Of a stretch of DNA of 64,000 nucleotides, positions 27,732 to 35,699 are shown in pieces (position 1 is the stretch's first letter; every line of letters begins with the position of its first letter). The DNA is from an uncultured Rikenella sp. (GTDB lineage Bacteria > Bacteroidota > Bacteroidia > Bacteroidales > VadinHA17): positions 59,848 to 123,847 of the forward strand of contig CAZHZC010000011.1 of the NCBI GenBank assembly GCA_964537135.1. The letters are read 5' to 3'. The translations under genes and the position numbers were made by a program. The notes under the pieces are model-generated. The model ran no database searches, was not told the origin of the DNA, and saw nothing but the letters and a program-made list of their open reading frames with translations.

Positions 27732-29312
27732 ATGAGAAATAATCGTAGAATTCTAATGATGAGCCTTCTAATGGTTATTGCAGGCATATTGCACGCTCAA
27801 ACCAGAAATGTATCAGGGGTAATTACATCTGATGCTGACGGTAAACCTGTTGCAGGAGTTACAGTGAGGCTTAAAGGTGCCCTCACCGCTTCACTCTCTG
27901 ATGCCCAGGGTCTCTATTCGGTGGCTGTGGATGAGAGGTCAACCGAGACACTCATCTTCTCACATCCTGATTATGATGAGATGGAGGTGGTTGTGATCGG
28001 GAAGTCAAAGCTTGACATAGCACTCTCCAGTAATATCAGATATAATCAATATGGTCAGAAGGTTGAACGCACCTCCCTGGCCTCGGAAAGCAGAAACGGC
28101 GTTCTGACCCATGAGGCTGGTGACAAGTCGTTCAAGTTCTGGACCGATATGAGGGTGAATATTGACTATACAAAGCACTTTGACAACTATGACAACAGGC
28201 TGTCACCAACCGGTAATGCACCTGATGCCATACAGCTCTCCGACGGAGCCAGCGTACGACGGGCAAGGGTAGGCTTTAAGGCACAGATAGACAAATGGTA
28301 CGGTGAGGTTGACTTCGACTTCAGAAACCTGGAGGTGGATATTAATGACGCATACCTCCAGTACAGCTTCAGTGACCGGTTTGAGATCAAGGCAGGGCAG
28401 TTCCGTGAGCCTGTCGGACTGATGACCAATACCACCTCACGTTATGTATCATTTATGGAGCGCCCCCTCAGCTCCGAATTGGACCCGAGCAGGCATGTCG
28501 GACTGGGTATTAAGTATATGCATCCCAGGTTCACCAGCGCTATAGGGATCTTCTCGGATGAGGCCTATGGTATTGAAGGAAAGGATACCAGGCGGAAGAA
28601 GAGGGACGGCGTGGAGTCGAGCTGGGCTGCCTCAGGACGCGTGATGGGGTATGCACTCAATCAGGATAACCTCACCCTGGGGATAGGTGTCAGTGGTTCA
28701 TACCGTACACCTACCATAACCGACGAGGGGTATAATACTGTGAGAGTAAGGGTATATGATGAGAACCGTACCTCGCAGAAAAGATTCCTCGATACCGATG
28801 CGGTTAAGAATGTAAAGAGAATCATTCTTGCCAATGGCGAGCTGGCATTTGCTTCCAACTCATTCAGGCTGATGGGTGAATATAAGGTGATGGTACTTGA
28901 CAGGGGCCGCATATATGATGATATCAACTATACAGGGCAGAACCTCGAAGATGTCTACTATAGCGGCTACTACGTCGAGGCAGGCTACCTGCTCTTCGGT
29001 GACAAGGTCAACTTCAACTACAATGACGGAGAGTTTACCCGGGTGGCACCAAAGTCGAAGAGAGGGACTCTTGAAATTGCAGCCCGCTACAGTACCCTGG
29101 AGCTCAATGATGAGAAGGCCCTGGTCTATGGCGGTGCCGCAAAGATCTCATCCCTTTCGCTCACCTACTGGGCTCAGAAGAATGTGAGAGTGACCCTTAA
29201 CGGAGCCTATGTTGATCATGACCAGCACGCCTCAACCAAATACAACTGGCCGGTACCTGCTGACGGATATGACTATTACTGGGTGGGAACCAGGCTGGAG
29301 ATAGATTTTTAG
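27732..29312 (+). CDS. phosphate-selective porin O/P family protein with an N-terminal CarboxypepD_reg-like domain
   Basis: Signal peptide, then VSGVITSDADGKPVAGVTVRLKG...GLYSV (carboxypeptidase-regulatory-like fold). This is followed by Porin_O_P-like SVRRARVGFKAQIDKWYGEVDFDF...DAYLQYSF...IKAGQFREPVGL and a C-terminal aromatic residue. Confidence 0.75.
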   Translation: MRNNRRILMMSLLMVIAGILHAQTRNVSGVITSDADGKPVAGVTVRLKGALTASLSDAQGLYSVAVDERSTETLIFSHPDYDEMEVVVIGKSKLDIALSSNIRYNQYGQKVERTSLASESRNGVLTHEAGDKSFKFWTDMRVNIDYTKHFDNYDNRLSPTGNAPDAIQLSDGASVRRARVGFKAQIDKWYGEVDFDFRNLEVDINDAYLQYSFSDRFEIKAGQFREPVGLMTNTTSRYVSFMERPLSSELDPSRHVGLGIKYMHPRFTSAIGIFSDEAYGIEGKDTRRKKRDGVESSWAASGRVMGYALNQDNLTLGIGVSGSYRTPTITDEGYNTVRVRVYDENRTSQKRFLDTDAVKNVKRIILANGELAFASNSFRLMGEYKVMVLDRGRIYDDINYTGQNLEDVYYSGYYVEAGYLLFGDKVNFNYNDGEFTRVAPKSKRGTLEIAARYSTLELNDEKALVYGGAAKISSLSLTYWAQKNVRVTLNGAYVDHDQHASTKYNWPVPADGYDYYWVGTRLEIDF

Positions 29313-29355
29313 AGAGAGTATAACAGTTTTGTGTAACCATTAAAAACAATTGATA

Positions 29356-30240
29356 ATGAAACGGAATTTATTTTTGATCATAAGCATGGTGCTGATAAGC
29401 ACAGCATTCATTCTGGTGTCATGTGAGGAAGAGAGAAAAGATCCTCCTCTGATTCAGAATGTGAAGTACTCCGGCAAGAATCAGGGCCCCTTTACCGTTG
29501 AGGCCAGGATTCTGGATGATAACGGACCGCTTAAGAGCGCCGAGGTGATGTACAGAAACAGCAGTGAGACAACTTTCCACTCGGTGCAGATGACCAGGGG
29601 CAGTGATGATGAATATTCAGGTGTTATCCCGTCTCAGCCCGCAAATGAGAAGGTTTTCTACTACATCAAGGCAGTCAATTCAGCTGACCTGGTCTCTGTG
29701 GAGCCCAAAGATGCACCCACGGTAACCCTGCAGTTTGAGATTGGTGGCGTTGATTATACCGGACTGGTACTGAATGAGATATGGGCTGGCGGACCGTCTG
29801 ATAACCATAAGTTTATCGAACTGTTCAATACCACCAATGCGCCCATCGACATATCAGGTGTATACTTTGAGCGTAATGCTGAGGGGGTGATCGGAACTGT
29901 CCCGGCAAATACTATCCTGGCTGCCGGTGGCTATTATATTCTCGGAACAAAGAACAATACTTCCAATCCTGAGAATGACGCTGCTCCCTATGATAATTCA
30001 GTCTCAAAAGGCTTCTCAGCCAAAAAGTCGATCCTGTTCCTGGTGATGTCACCCCTGGGGAATGAGATTGACAGGTTCCTGCGTGGTGATGCGGAGAATC
30101 TGGATGTCAACATCAGTGATGTGGCTCCTAAATCTTACTGCAGAATCCCGAACGGAACAGGTGCATGGAAGGCGGTTGACAATGCCACACTGAGGGCAGC
30201 CAATGATGCAACCGGCGCCAGCGACATACCAAATGACTGA
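29356..30240 (+). CDS. lamin-tail-domain (LTD) lipoprotein
   Basis: Lipobox FILVSCEEE. LTD-like LVLNEIWAGGPSDNHKFIELFNTTNAPIDISGVYF. The track start 29350 is a TTG and the ATG is at 29356. Confidence 0.65.
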   Translation: MKRNLFLIISMVLISTAFILVSCEEERKDPPLIQNVKYSGKNQGPFTVEARILDDNGPLKSAEVMYRNSSETTFHSVQMTRGSDDEYSGVIPSQPANEKVFYYIKAVNSADLVSVEPKDAPTVTLQFEIGGVDYTGLVLNEIWAGGPSDNHKFIELFNTTNAPIDISGVYFERNAEGVIGTVPANTILAAGGYYILGTKNNTSNPENDAAPYDNSVSKGFSAKKSILFLVMSPLGNEIDRFLRGDAENLDVNISDVAPKSYCRIPNGTGAWKAVDNATLRAANDATGASDIPND

Positions 30241-30296
30241 GACGACTGATGAGTAGCCGGACAGTCAACCGGCATAATGACATATAGTTATAATCA

Positions 30297-30322
30297 GGCC
30301 GGCAACCACCCGGTTGCCGGCC
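30297..30322. other. perfect 11-bp stem / 4-nt loop hairpin (ggccggcaacc-accc-ggttgccggcc)
   Basis: Read directly. It lies in the 101-nt gap between the LTD gene and the CYTH-like gene and has no U-tract. Confidence 0.7.
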
Positions 30323-30341
30323 ACATAAAACCTTATTACAT

Positions 30342-30983
30342 ATGAGTAAAGAGGAATTGAAGATAGGCGAGATCTCAAAACCGAGATTTGAGTTCCGCTC
30401 GTTCGGGCAGAACTTCGACAATGCAGCCATACGTATGGCACGCCTCTCCGTGCCCGTACCCGAGAAGGTGTGGGAGCGGTTTTCAGACGAGATATATATT
30501 CTCTCCCGTACCAATGATATCAATAATACCAAGATCAGGGACGGCAAGATGGATATAAAAACCTATGTGGGTACCGTAGATGGATTTGAGCAGTGGAACC
30601 CTCTGATGAAGGGTAGCTTTCCGATAAGGAGAGAGGTGCTTGTCAATGAGGTTTTCCCCGCTTTCCAGGTGAAGATGCCTGATATGACCAGCGAGGAGTA
30701 CAGCTACGAGGAATTTATGGAGATAATTTATGCTCACCCCGACCTGCAGGCCGTAAGGGTACATAAGCAACGCTTTGGCTACATGGTCAATAATACCATA
30801 TGTGAATATGGTGAGGTGCTGATCAATGGTGCAAGGGTGGTTACCATAAATTCCGAGTCAACCGAAACGGACGATATCAGGAAGACGGTGAATGACCTTC
30901 AGCTTGAAGGGGTAGAAAACATAAACTACCTGCAGGCTATCAAAAGGGTGATAGGGATGATCAATAAGCCTTTGGCCAATTGA
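30342..30983 (+). CDS. hypothetical protein, possibly a highly divergent CYTH-like (triphosphate tunnel) fold
   Basis: 213 aa. Alternating beta-strand-like charged motifs (RFEFRSF, KIRDGKMDIKTY, RVHKQRFGY, ICEYGEV, TINSES) loosely parallel CYTH strands, but the ExExK signature is degenerate. Sits directly upstream of a canonical CYTH gene. Confidence 0.35.
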   Translation: MSKEELKIGEISKPRFEFRSFGQNFDNAAIRMARLSVPVPEKVWERFSDEIYILSRTNDINNTKIRDGKMDIKTYVGTVDGFEQWNPLMKGSFPIRREVLVNEVFPAFQVKMPDMTSEEYSYEEFMEIIYAHPDLQAVRVHKQRFGYMVNNTICEYGEVLINGARVVTINSESTETDDIRKTVNDLQLEGVENINYLQAIKRVIGMINKPLAN

Positions 30984-31019
30984 TTGTTGTCAGATTGAAA
31001 ATAATTAATTCAAGTAATT

Positions 31020-31487
31020 ATGGCACAGGAGATTGAAAAGAAATTCCTGGTAAAGGGAGATTTCAGGAATGAGGCCGTGAAGGCTATCCGTATAACACAA
31101 GGCTACCTCTCATCTGTTCCTGAACGTACGGTCAGGGTAAGGATAAAGGGGGAGAAGGGTTTTATCACCATCAAAGGAATCGGTGGAGCCTCCGGTGCAA
31201 GCCGGTATGAGTGGGAGAAGGAGATACCCGTGACAGAGGTGGAGGAGCTGCTGAAGATCTGTGAACCGGGTGTCATTGACAAGGTGCGTTACCTGGTACC
31301 ACAGGGAGAGCACACCTTTGAGATTGATGAGTTCCATGGTGAGAATTCAGGCCTGATCGTGGCTGAGGTGGAACTCAGCAGTGAGGATGAGGAATTTAAC
31401 AGACCGGCCTGGCTTGGTGAAGAGGTGACAGGTGACACCAGGTACTATAACTCAATGCTGATGAAGACCCCGTTTACCAAATGGTAA
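31020..31487 (+). CDS. CYTH domain protein (triphosphate tunnel metalloenzyme)
   Basis: N-terminal MAQEIEKKFLV (ExExK), RVRIKGEKGFITIKG, YEWEKEI, KVRY, FEIDEF, VAEVEL. 155 aa. Confidence 0.85.
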   Translation: MAQEIEKKFLVKGDFRNEAVKAIRITQGYLSSVPERTVRVRIKGEKGFITIKGIGGASGASRYEWEKEIPVTEVEELLKICEPGVIDKVRYLVPQGEHTFEIDEFHGENSGLIVAEVELSSEDEEFNRPAWLGEEVTGDTRYYNSMLMKTPFTKW

Positions 31488-31505
31488 CCGCTGAGAGAGC
31501 CTGAC

Positions 31506-33137
31506 ATGTCAGAATCACCAGAAAAGAGTCCTCAGCTCGTGTCAGGGGAGTATGATCCCCTTGACATGAGCAACTACCGGATCGAAAGGCTTGCCAAACG
31601 GGAGAAGGGCAAGGTAGAGAAATGGCTTGCCATAGCAGGGATTCCCCTCGCTTTGGCAGCCTTTATCCTGCTTGGTTTTGTTATTGAGATTCCGTTCCTG
31701 AGACATATTGAGCCGGCACAGCTGGTATCAAAAACCGCCAGAGGAATGTATGAGACACTAGGTGAGACAGGGTTTATAAGAACCAATGCCATAATGCTGG
31801 CTGTATTCGCCGCTGCCCTCATACTCTGGATAACAGAAGCGATACCCAATTATCTCACATCACTGATCATAATTATCAGCCTGGTGCTGACCGGGGTGCT
31901 GCCTGAGAATGAGGCATATGCACAGCTGGGGCACCCCGTCATGTGGCTGAACATTATGTCATTTGTACTTGCCAGCATGCTGGTGTCAACCGGGGTGGCC
32001 AAACGGTTTGCCCTGTGGTTTATCGTCACCTTCGGCAAGAATGCCGGATCAATCTTTATAAGCTTCTTAATTATCAACCTGATCCTCTCGATCTTTATAT
32101 CAGCAACAACTGCCAAGGCGGCCATACTGTTACCCGTCTTTATGGTTATTGCTGCAATTTATGGCTCCAGGCCCGGTACTGACAGGAACAATTTTGGCAG
32201 AAGCCTGGTGCTTCAGAACCTGTTGAATATCAATGTGGGGGCAGGACTCCTGCTGACGGGGTCGGGTGCCAACCTGCTGGCTGCTGCCCTGATAGGGGGA
32301 GCTATAGGAAGCAGGGTCTATTTCTCAGACTGGATGTACTCACAGGTGCCGGTAACCATTGCCATCATGTTTATCGGATACTGGCTGGCTATGAAGGTTT
32401 TCTTTCCGCTGAAGCCGGAAGAGCGGACACCACGCATTGAAGGGGGTATGGAGCGTCTGCAGGGCGAGTTGCAGAAGCTGGGCAGGATGAGTATGCAGGA
32501 GAAGAAGGCAATAGTGATATTTGTGCTTATACTGGCCTTCTGGGCAACCGACCGCCTGCACGGTGTCAGCGCCACCGCGGTGGCCTTCGTGGGGGGTATT
32601 GTGGCCCTGATGCCCAAAATTGGCATCGTCAGGTGGAAGGATGTGGATATACCATGGCACCTGATGCTCTTCTCAGCAGGTGCCTATACACTGGGGGCCG
32701 GGTTTGACTATACTGACCTGCCGTCACTGAGTGTCAATGCACTCTTTGACCACCTCGGACTGGGCAGCGGAACACCATTCTGGGTGCTCTATCTGATGCT
32801 GACCGGATTTATGATGTTCAGCTCCCTGATCTTTCAGTCAAAGACAATGAGGGCAATGGTATTCATCCCCATAGCAATCGGCGTGGCAAACCGGTTTGGA
32901 TTCAGCGTCATCAGCCTGGCAATGCCGGTGGCATTCATGATAAACCATGTATATGTGCTGCCCTTTAACAGCAAACCGGCAGTGCTGCTCTATGAGACAG
33001 ATCAGTACTCATTGTCTGACACATTTAAATATGGTATTACTGTTATGACAATTGCGTGGATTCTCAATATCATAGCAGGAGAGACCTGGTATAAGCTGCT
33101 GGGGATCACACCCGACGGTGTGTTCGGACTGTTCTGA
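31506..33137 (+). CDS. SLC13/DASS-family anion permease
   Basis: 543 aa polytopic protein. WITEAIPNYLTSL and a second-half repeat FVGGIVALMP...SAGAYTLG fit the divalent-anion:Na+ symporter architecture. Confidence 0.7.
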   Translation: MSESPEKSPQLVSGEYDPLDMSNYRIERLAKREKGKVEKWLAIAGIPLALAAFILLGFVIEIPFLRHIEPAQLVSKTARGMYETLGETGFIRTNAIMLAVFAAALILWITEAIPNYLTSLIIIISLVLTGVLPENEAYAQLGHPVMWLNIMSFVLASMLVSTGVAKRFALWFIVTFGKNAGSIFISFLIINLILSIFISATTAKAAILLPVFMVIAAIYGSRPGTDRNNFGRSLVLQNLLNINVGAGLLLTGSGANLLAAALIGGAIGSRVYFSDWMYSQVPVTIAIMFIGYWLAMKVFFPLKPEERTPRIEGGMERLQGELQKLGRMSMQEKKAIVIFVLILAFWATDRLHGVSATAVAFVGGIVALMPKIGIVRWKDVDIPWHLMLFSAGAYTLGAGFDYTDLPSLSVNALFDHLGLGSGTPFWVLYLMLTGFMMFSSLIFQSKTMRAMVFIPIAIGVANRFGFSVISLAMPVAFMINHVYVLPFNSKPAVLLYETDQYSLSDTFKYGITVMTIAWILNIIAGETWYKLLGITPDGVFGLF

Positions 33138-33151
33138 CAATGCCGTCCGCC

Positions 33152-33178
33152 ATCCGCCAGCTGGCGGATTCTCTTCTT
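33152..33178 (+). terminator. candidate intrinsic terminator after the SLC13 gene
   Basis: 7-bp stem atccgcc-agct-ggcggat followed by the pyrimidine/T-rich tctcttctt, 15 nt after the stop codon. Confidence 0.5.
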
Positions 33179-33185
33179 AAATGAG

Positions 33186-33193
33186 TACTTTTG
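33186..33193 (+). promoter_or_regulatory. -7 promoter box TACTTTTG upstream of the LD-carboxypeptidase gene
   Basis: Exact TAnnTTTG, 21 nt upstream of the ATG at 33215. Confidence 0.45.
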
Positions 33194-33214
33194 GGAGTGT
33201 CACCAAACCAATGA

Positions 33215-34129
33215 ATGATGAGCAGCCTTGTCATACCACCCTATCTCACTGAGGGAGATCGTATTGAGATAATCTCGCCGGCAAGTCATATCGATGAGGA
33301 GCTTGTCAATCAGGCCTCTGCCATGCTTGAGCGGTCAGGATTCCGGGTCACCTACGGGAAGCACCTCTTCTCACGTAGCGGTCCGTTTGCCGGCAGTGAT
33401 GAGGAGCGGCTGAGTGATATACAGCGTGCCACTGATGACCCGGATGTGAAGGCGGTGCTCTGCTCGCGCGGCGGGTATGGCATGACACGGATCGTTGACC
33501 GTATCGACTTCACCGCGCTGGAGCGTAAGCCCAAGTGGTATGTGGGATACAGTGATATCACCTCACTGCACATGTGGCTCAGCAATGTATGCGGCATCGC
33601 CTCACTGCATGCCGAGATGCCGCTGAACTATCCTGACCCGGCCTGCCTGCCGCCATCATACGACACCATGGTAGAGGCACTGCGTGGCGAGGCGGCGCCG
33701 GTGAGATGGAGCCCGGGGAGCGAAGGGTCATACACCCTCTCGGGGCGCTTTACCGGGGGAAATATCTCGCTGCTCTACAGCCTGCACGGTACGGTGGCAC
33801 AGCCCGATACCGACGGGGCAATACTCTTCATCGAGGATATAGGGGAGAAGTACTACCATCTTGACCGCATGCTGGTCTCAATGCGGCTGGCCGGACTGCT
33901 CAGCAACCTGTCGGCACTGGTGGTGGGAGGGATGGAGAAGGTCACCGAGGGTGAACATGTCTTCAACCAGACGGTGGAGGAGGTGGTGATGAACGTGGTG
34001 GGGAGGTATGACTACCCGGTGCTGTTCAACTTCCCGGCAGGGCATATACCTGACAACAGGGCGCTCTACCTGGGACGTCAGGCATCACTCACACATGACG
34101 GTGCCACGGCACGGCTCACCTGGCTCTGA
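33215..34129 (+). CDS. ldcA: LD-carboxypeptidase (peptidase S66)
   Basis: GYSDITSLH nucleophile motif, C-terminal FPAGH. 304 aa. Confidence 0.85.
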   Translation: MMSSLVIPPYLTEGDRIEIISPASHIDEELVNQASAMLERSGFRVTYGKHLFSRSGPFAGSDEERLSDIQRATDDPDVKAVLCSRGGYGMTRIVDRIDFTALERKPKWYVGYSDITSLHMWLSNVCGIASLHAEMPLNYPDPACLPPSYDTMVEALRGEAAPVRWSPGSEGSYTLSGRFTGGNISLLYSLHGTVAQPDTDGAILFIEDIGEKYYHLDRMLVSMRLAGLLSNLSALVVGGMEKVTEGEHVFNQTVEEVVMNVVGRYDYPVLFNFPAGHIPDNRALYLGRQASLTHDGATARLTWL

Positions 34130-34196
34130 GGCGACGGGTGAGCGCCACTCTCAATAGGGCAGCAACCGGCGGGCATGCCGGTAAAGAGATCTCCTC

Positions 34197-34290
34197 TATG
34201 ATCTCAGAAGGCTGCCGGTAGCAGGTTGATATCCTTTGACAGTTATGATCTCAGAAGGCTGCCAGCAGCAGGTTGATATCCTTTGACAGT
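34197..34290. repeat. 47-bp perfect-phase tandem duplication (2 mismatches) of the 3' end of the alanine-dehydrogenase-like gene, including its stop codon
   Basis: Copy 34244-34290 holds the last 13 codons plus the TGA. Copy 34197-34243 lies immediately downstream. Confidence 0.95.
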
Positions 34291-35447
34291 ATCCCGAACC
34301 GCTGTCCGAGCGACTCATTGGTGAGGATACCGTTGTAGATATAGATACCGCTCCGTAGTCCGGTATTGAACTTGATCATGGGTGTTATACCGCCGGCATC
34401 GGCTATCTCCTGCAGCAGTGGCCTGAAGACGTTGCTCAGTGCTATCGAGGCTGTCTTGGGCACCCGTGATGGCAGGTTCCATGCCGAGTAGTGTATTACG
34501 CCGTGCTTCTGGTAGAGCGGGTCCTTGATAGCTCTCAGCTCGGTTGTCTCCACACAGCCGCCGGTGTTGACGCTCAGGTCGATGATCACTGATCCCCTCT
34601 TCATCCCCTGCACCATCTCTTCGGTGACGTAGAACCAGGGCAGGTGGGTGTCGGTGGCGAGGGCGCCTATCAGCACGTCGGCTGTCCGCAGCGCCTTCTG
34701 CAGCACCTGCGGGTGGAAGGTTGAGGTGTAGAGACGCTGTCCCACCAGGTACTGGAAGTTACGCAGCCGGTGTACCGAGGGGTCAAACACCCTCACTATG
34801 GCACCCAGCCCCAGGGCAGCCCGCGCAGCATATTCACCGGCCGTGTTGGCTCCTATGATGATCACCTCGGTGGGGGTCACCCCGGTGACACCTCCCAGCA
34901 TCACCCCCTTGCCCCCGTCGGCGCTGCTCAGGAAGTCAGAGGCCAACAGGACGGAGGTGACACCGCTGATCTCACTCATCGACTCCACCACCGGGTAGAT
35001 ACCGTCTTCATCCCTGATATTCTCGCTGGCGACGGCAGTCACACGCTTACGCATCAGTACTGAGAGGGTCTCCTCATCCATCGTTGCCACATTCATGAAT
35101 GAGATGAGTGTCTGGCCGCCCCTCAGCAGCTGGGCCTCACCGGAGGTGACAGGTGCCACACGTATGACGATGTCACACTGATAGACCCTCTCAGTGGTCT
35201 CAGCCACCATGGCGCCGTTGTCACTGTACTCCCTGTCGGTAAAGCCGGCCTGCTCACCGGCACCCCGCTCAATATAGATCTCATTGCCCGCATCGGTAAG
35301 TATCCTGACCGCCTCAGGGGTGAGAGCTATCCGCTTCTCATCGTCATGAGTGTCACGCGGCATACCTATGGTCATCTGCCTCTTCCCGACAGCCTTTTCG
35401 ATCAGCTCTTCCCGGGGCAGGAAGAGGCTTCTGCCTGAATCATTCAT
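34251..35447 (-). CDS. ald: alanine dehydrogenase / PNT-family NAD(H)-binding protein
   Basis: AlaDH/PNT N- and C-domains, with dinucleotide motif VIIIGANTAGEYAA. 398 aa. Confidence 0.75.
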   Translation of the reverse strand: MNDSGRSLFLPREELIEKAVGKRQMTIGMPRDTHDDEKRIALTPEAVRILTDAGNEIYIERGAGEQAGFTDREYSDNGAMVAETTERVYQCDIVIRVAPVTSGEAQLLRGGQTLISFMNVATMDEETLSVLMRKRVTAVASENIRDEDGIYPVVESMSEISGVTSVLLASDFLSSADGGKGVMLGGVTGVTPTEVIIIGANTAGEYAARAALGLGAIVRVFDPSVHRLRNFQYLVGQRLYTSTFHPQVLQKALRTADVLIGALATDTHLPWFYVTEEMVQGMKRGSVIIDLSVNTGGCVETTELRAIKDPLYQKHGVIHYSAWNLPSRVPKTASIALSNVFRPLLQEIADAGGITPMIKFNTGLRSGIYIYNGILTNESLGQRFGILSKDINLLLAAF

Positions 35448-35491
35448 CTGGCTAATTTTTGTGTTTGGACGGAAGAAAATCTCCGGCAGAC

Positions 35492-35499
35492 CAAAAATA
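35492..35499 (-). promoter_or_regulatory. -7 promoter box TATTTTTG upstream of ald
   Basis: Exact TAnnTTTG on the minus strand, 45 nt upstream of the ATG at 35447. Confidence 0.45.
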
Positions 35500-35561
35500 T
35501 GATTTTAATGGCAGAGATAAAAGCAGTTAGACCATTATTAGAGTGTTGTACCCGGAAAGCG

Positions 35562-35699
35562 GGCCGGTCTTCTGTTAAAAAGGTGCAGCGGATGGCGGCC
35601 CGGTCTTCTGCCAGAAAGGTGCAGCGGGAGCCGGCGCATGGCTTCTATTGGAGAGTGCGCCTGACAGTTGGCCGGTCTTCTGTTAAAAAGGTGCAGCGG
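35562..35699. repeat. three copies of a 30-nt element (ggccggtcttctgttaaaaaggtgcagcgg) derived from the tsaE 3' end
   Basis: Copies at 35562-35591 and 35670-35699 are identical. 35597-35627 is a degenerate copy. The 35670 copy contains the last 5 codons and the TAA of tsaE. Confidence 0.9.

Noticed and set aside
24957-33140. Apparent lower GC content of the phosphate locus, and of the TonB-dependent receptor gene at 58666-61950, as a sign of a horizontally acquired island
   Set aside because: This is only a visual impression that I cannot quantify here. No integrase, transposase, tRNA or direct-repeat boundaries are present. Outer-membrane and transport genes often differ in codon usage. A sliding-window GC and codon-adaptation calculation would settle it.
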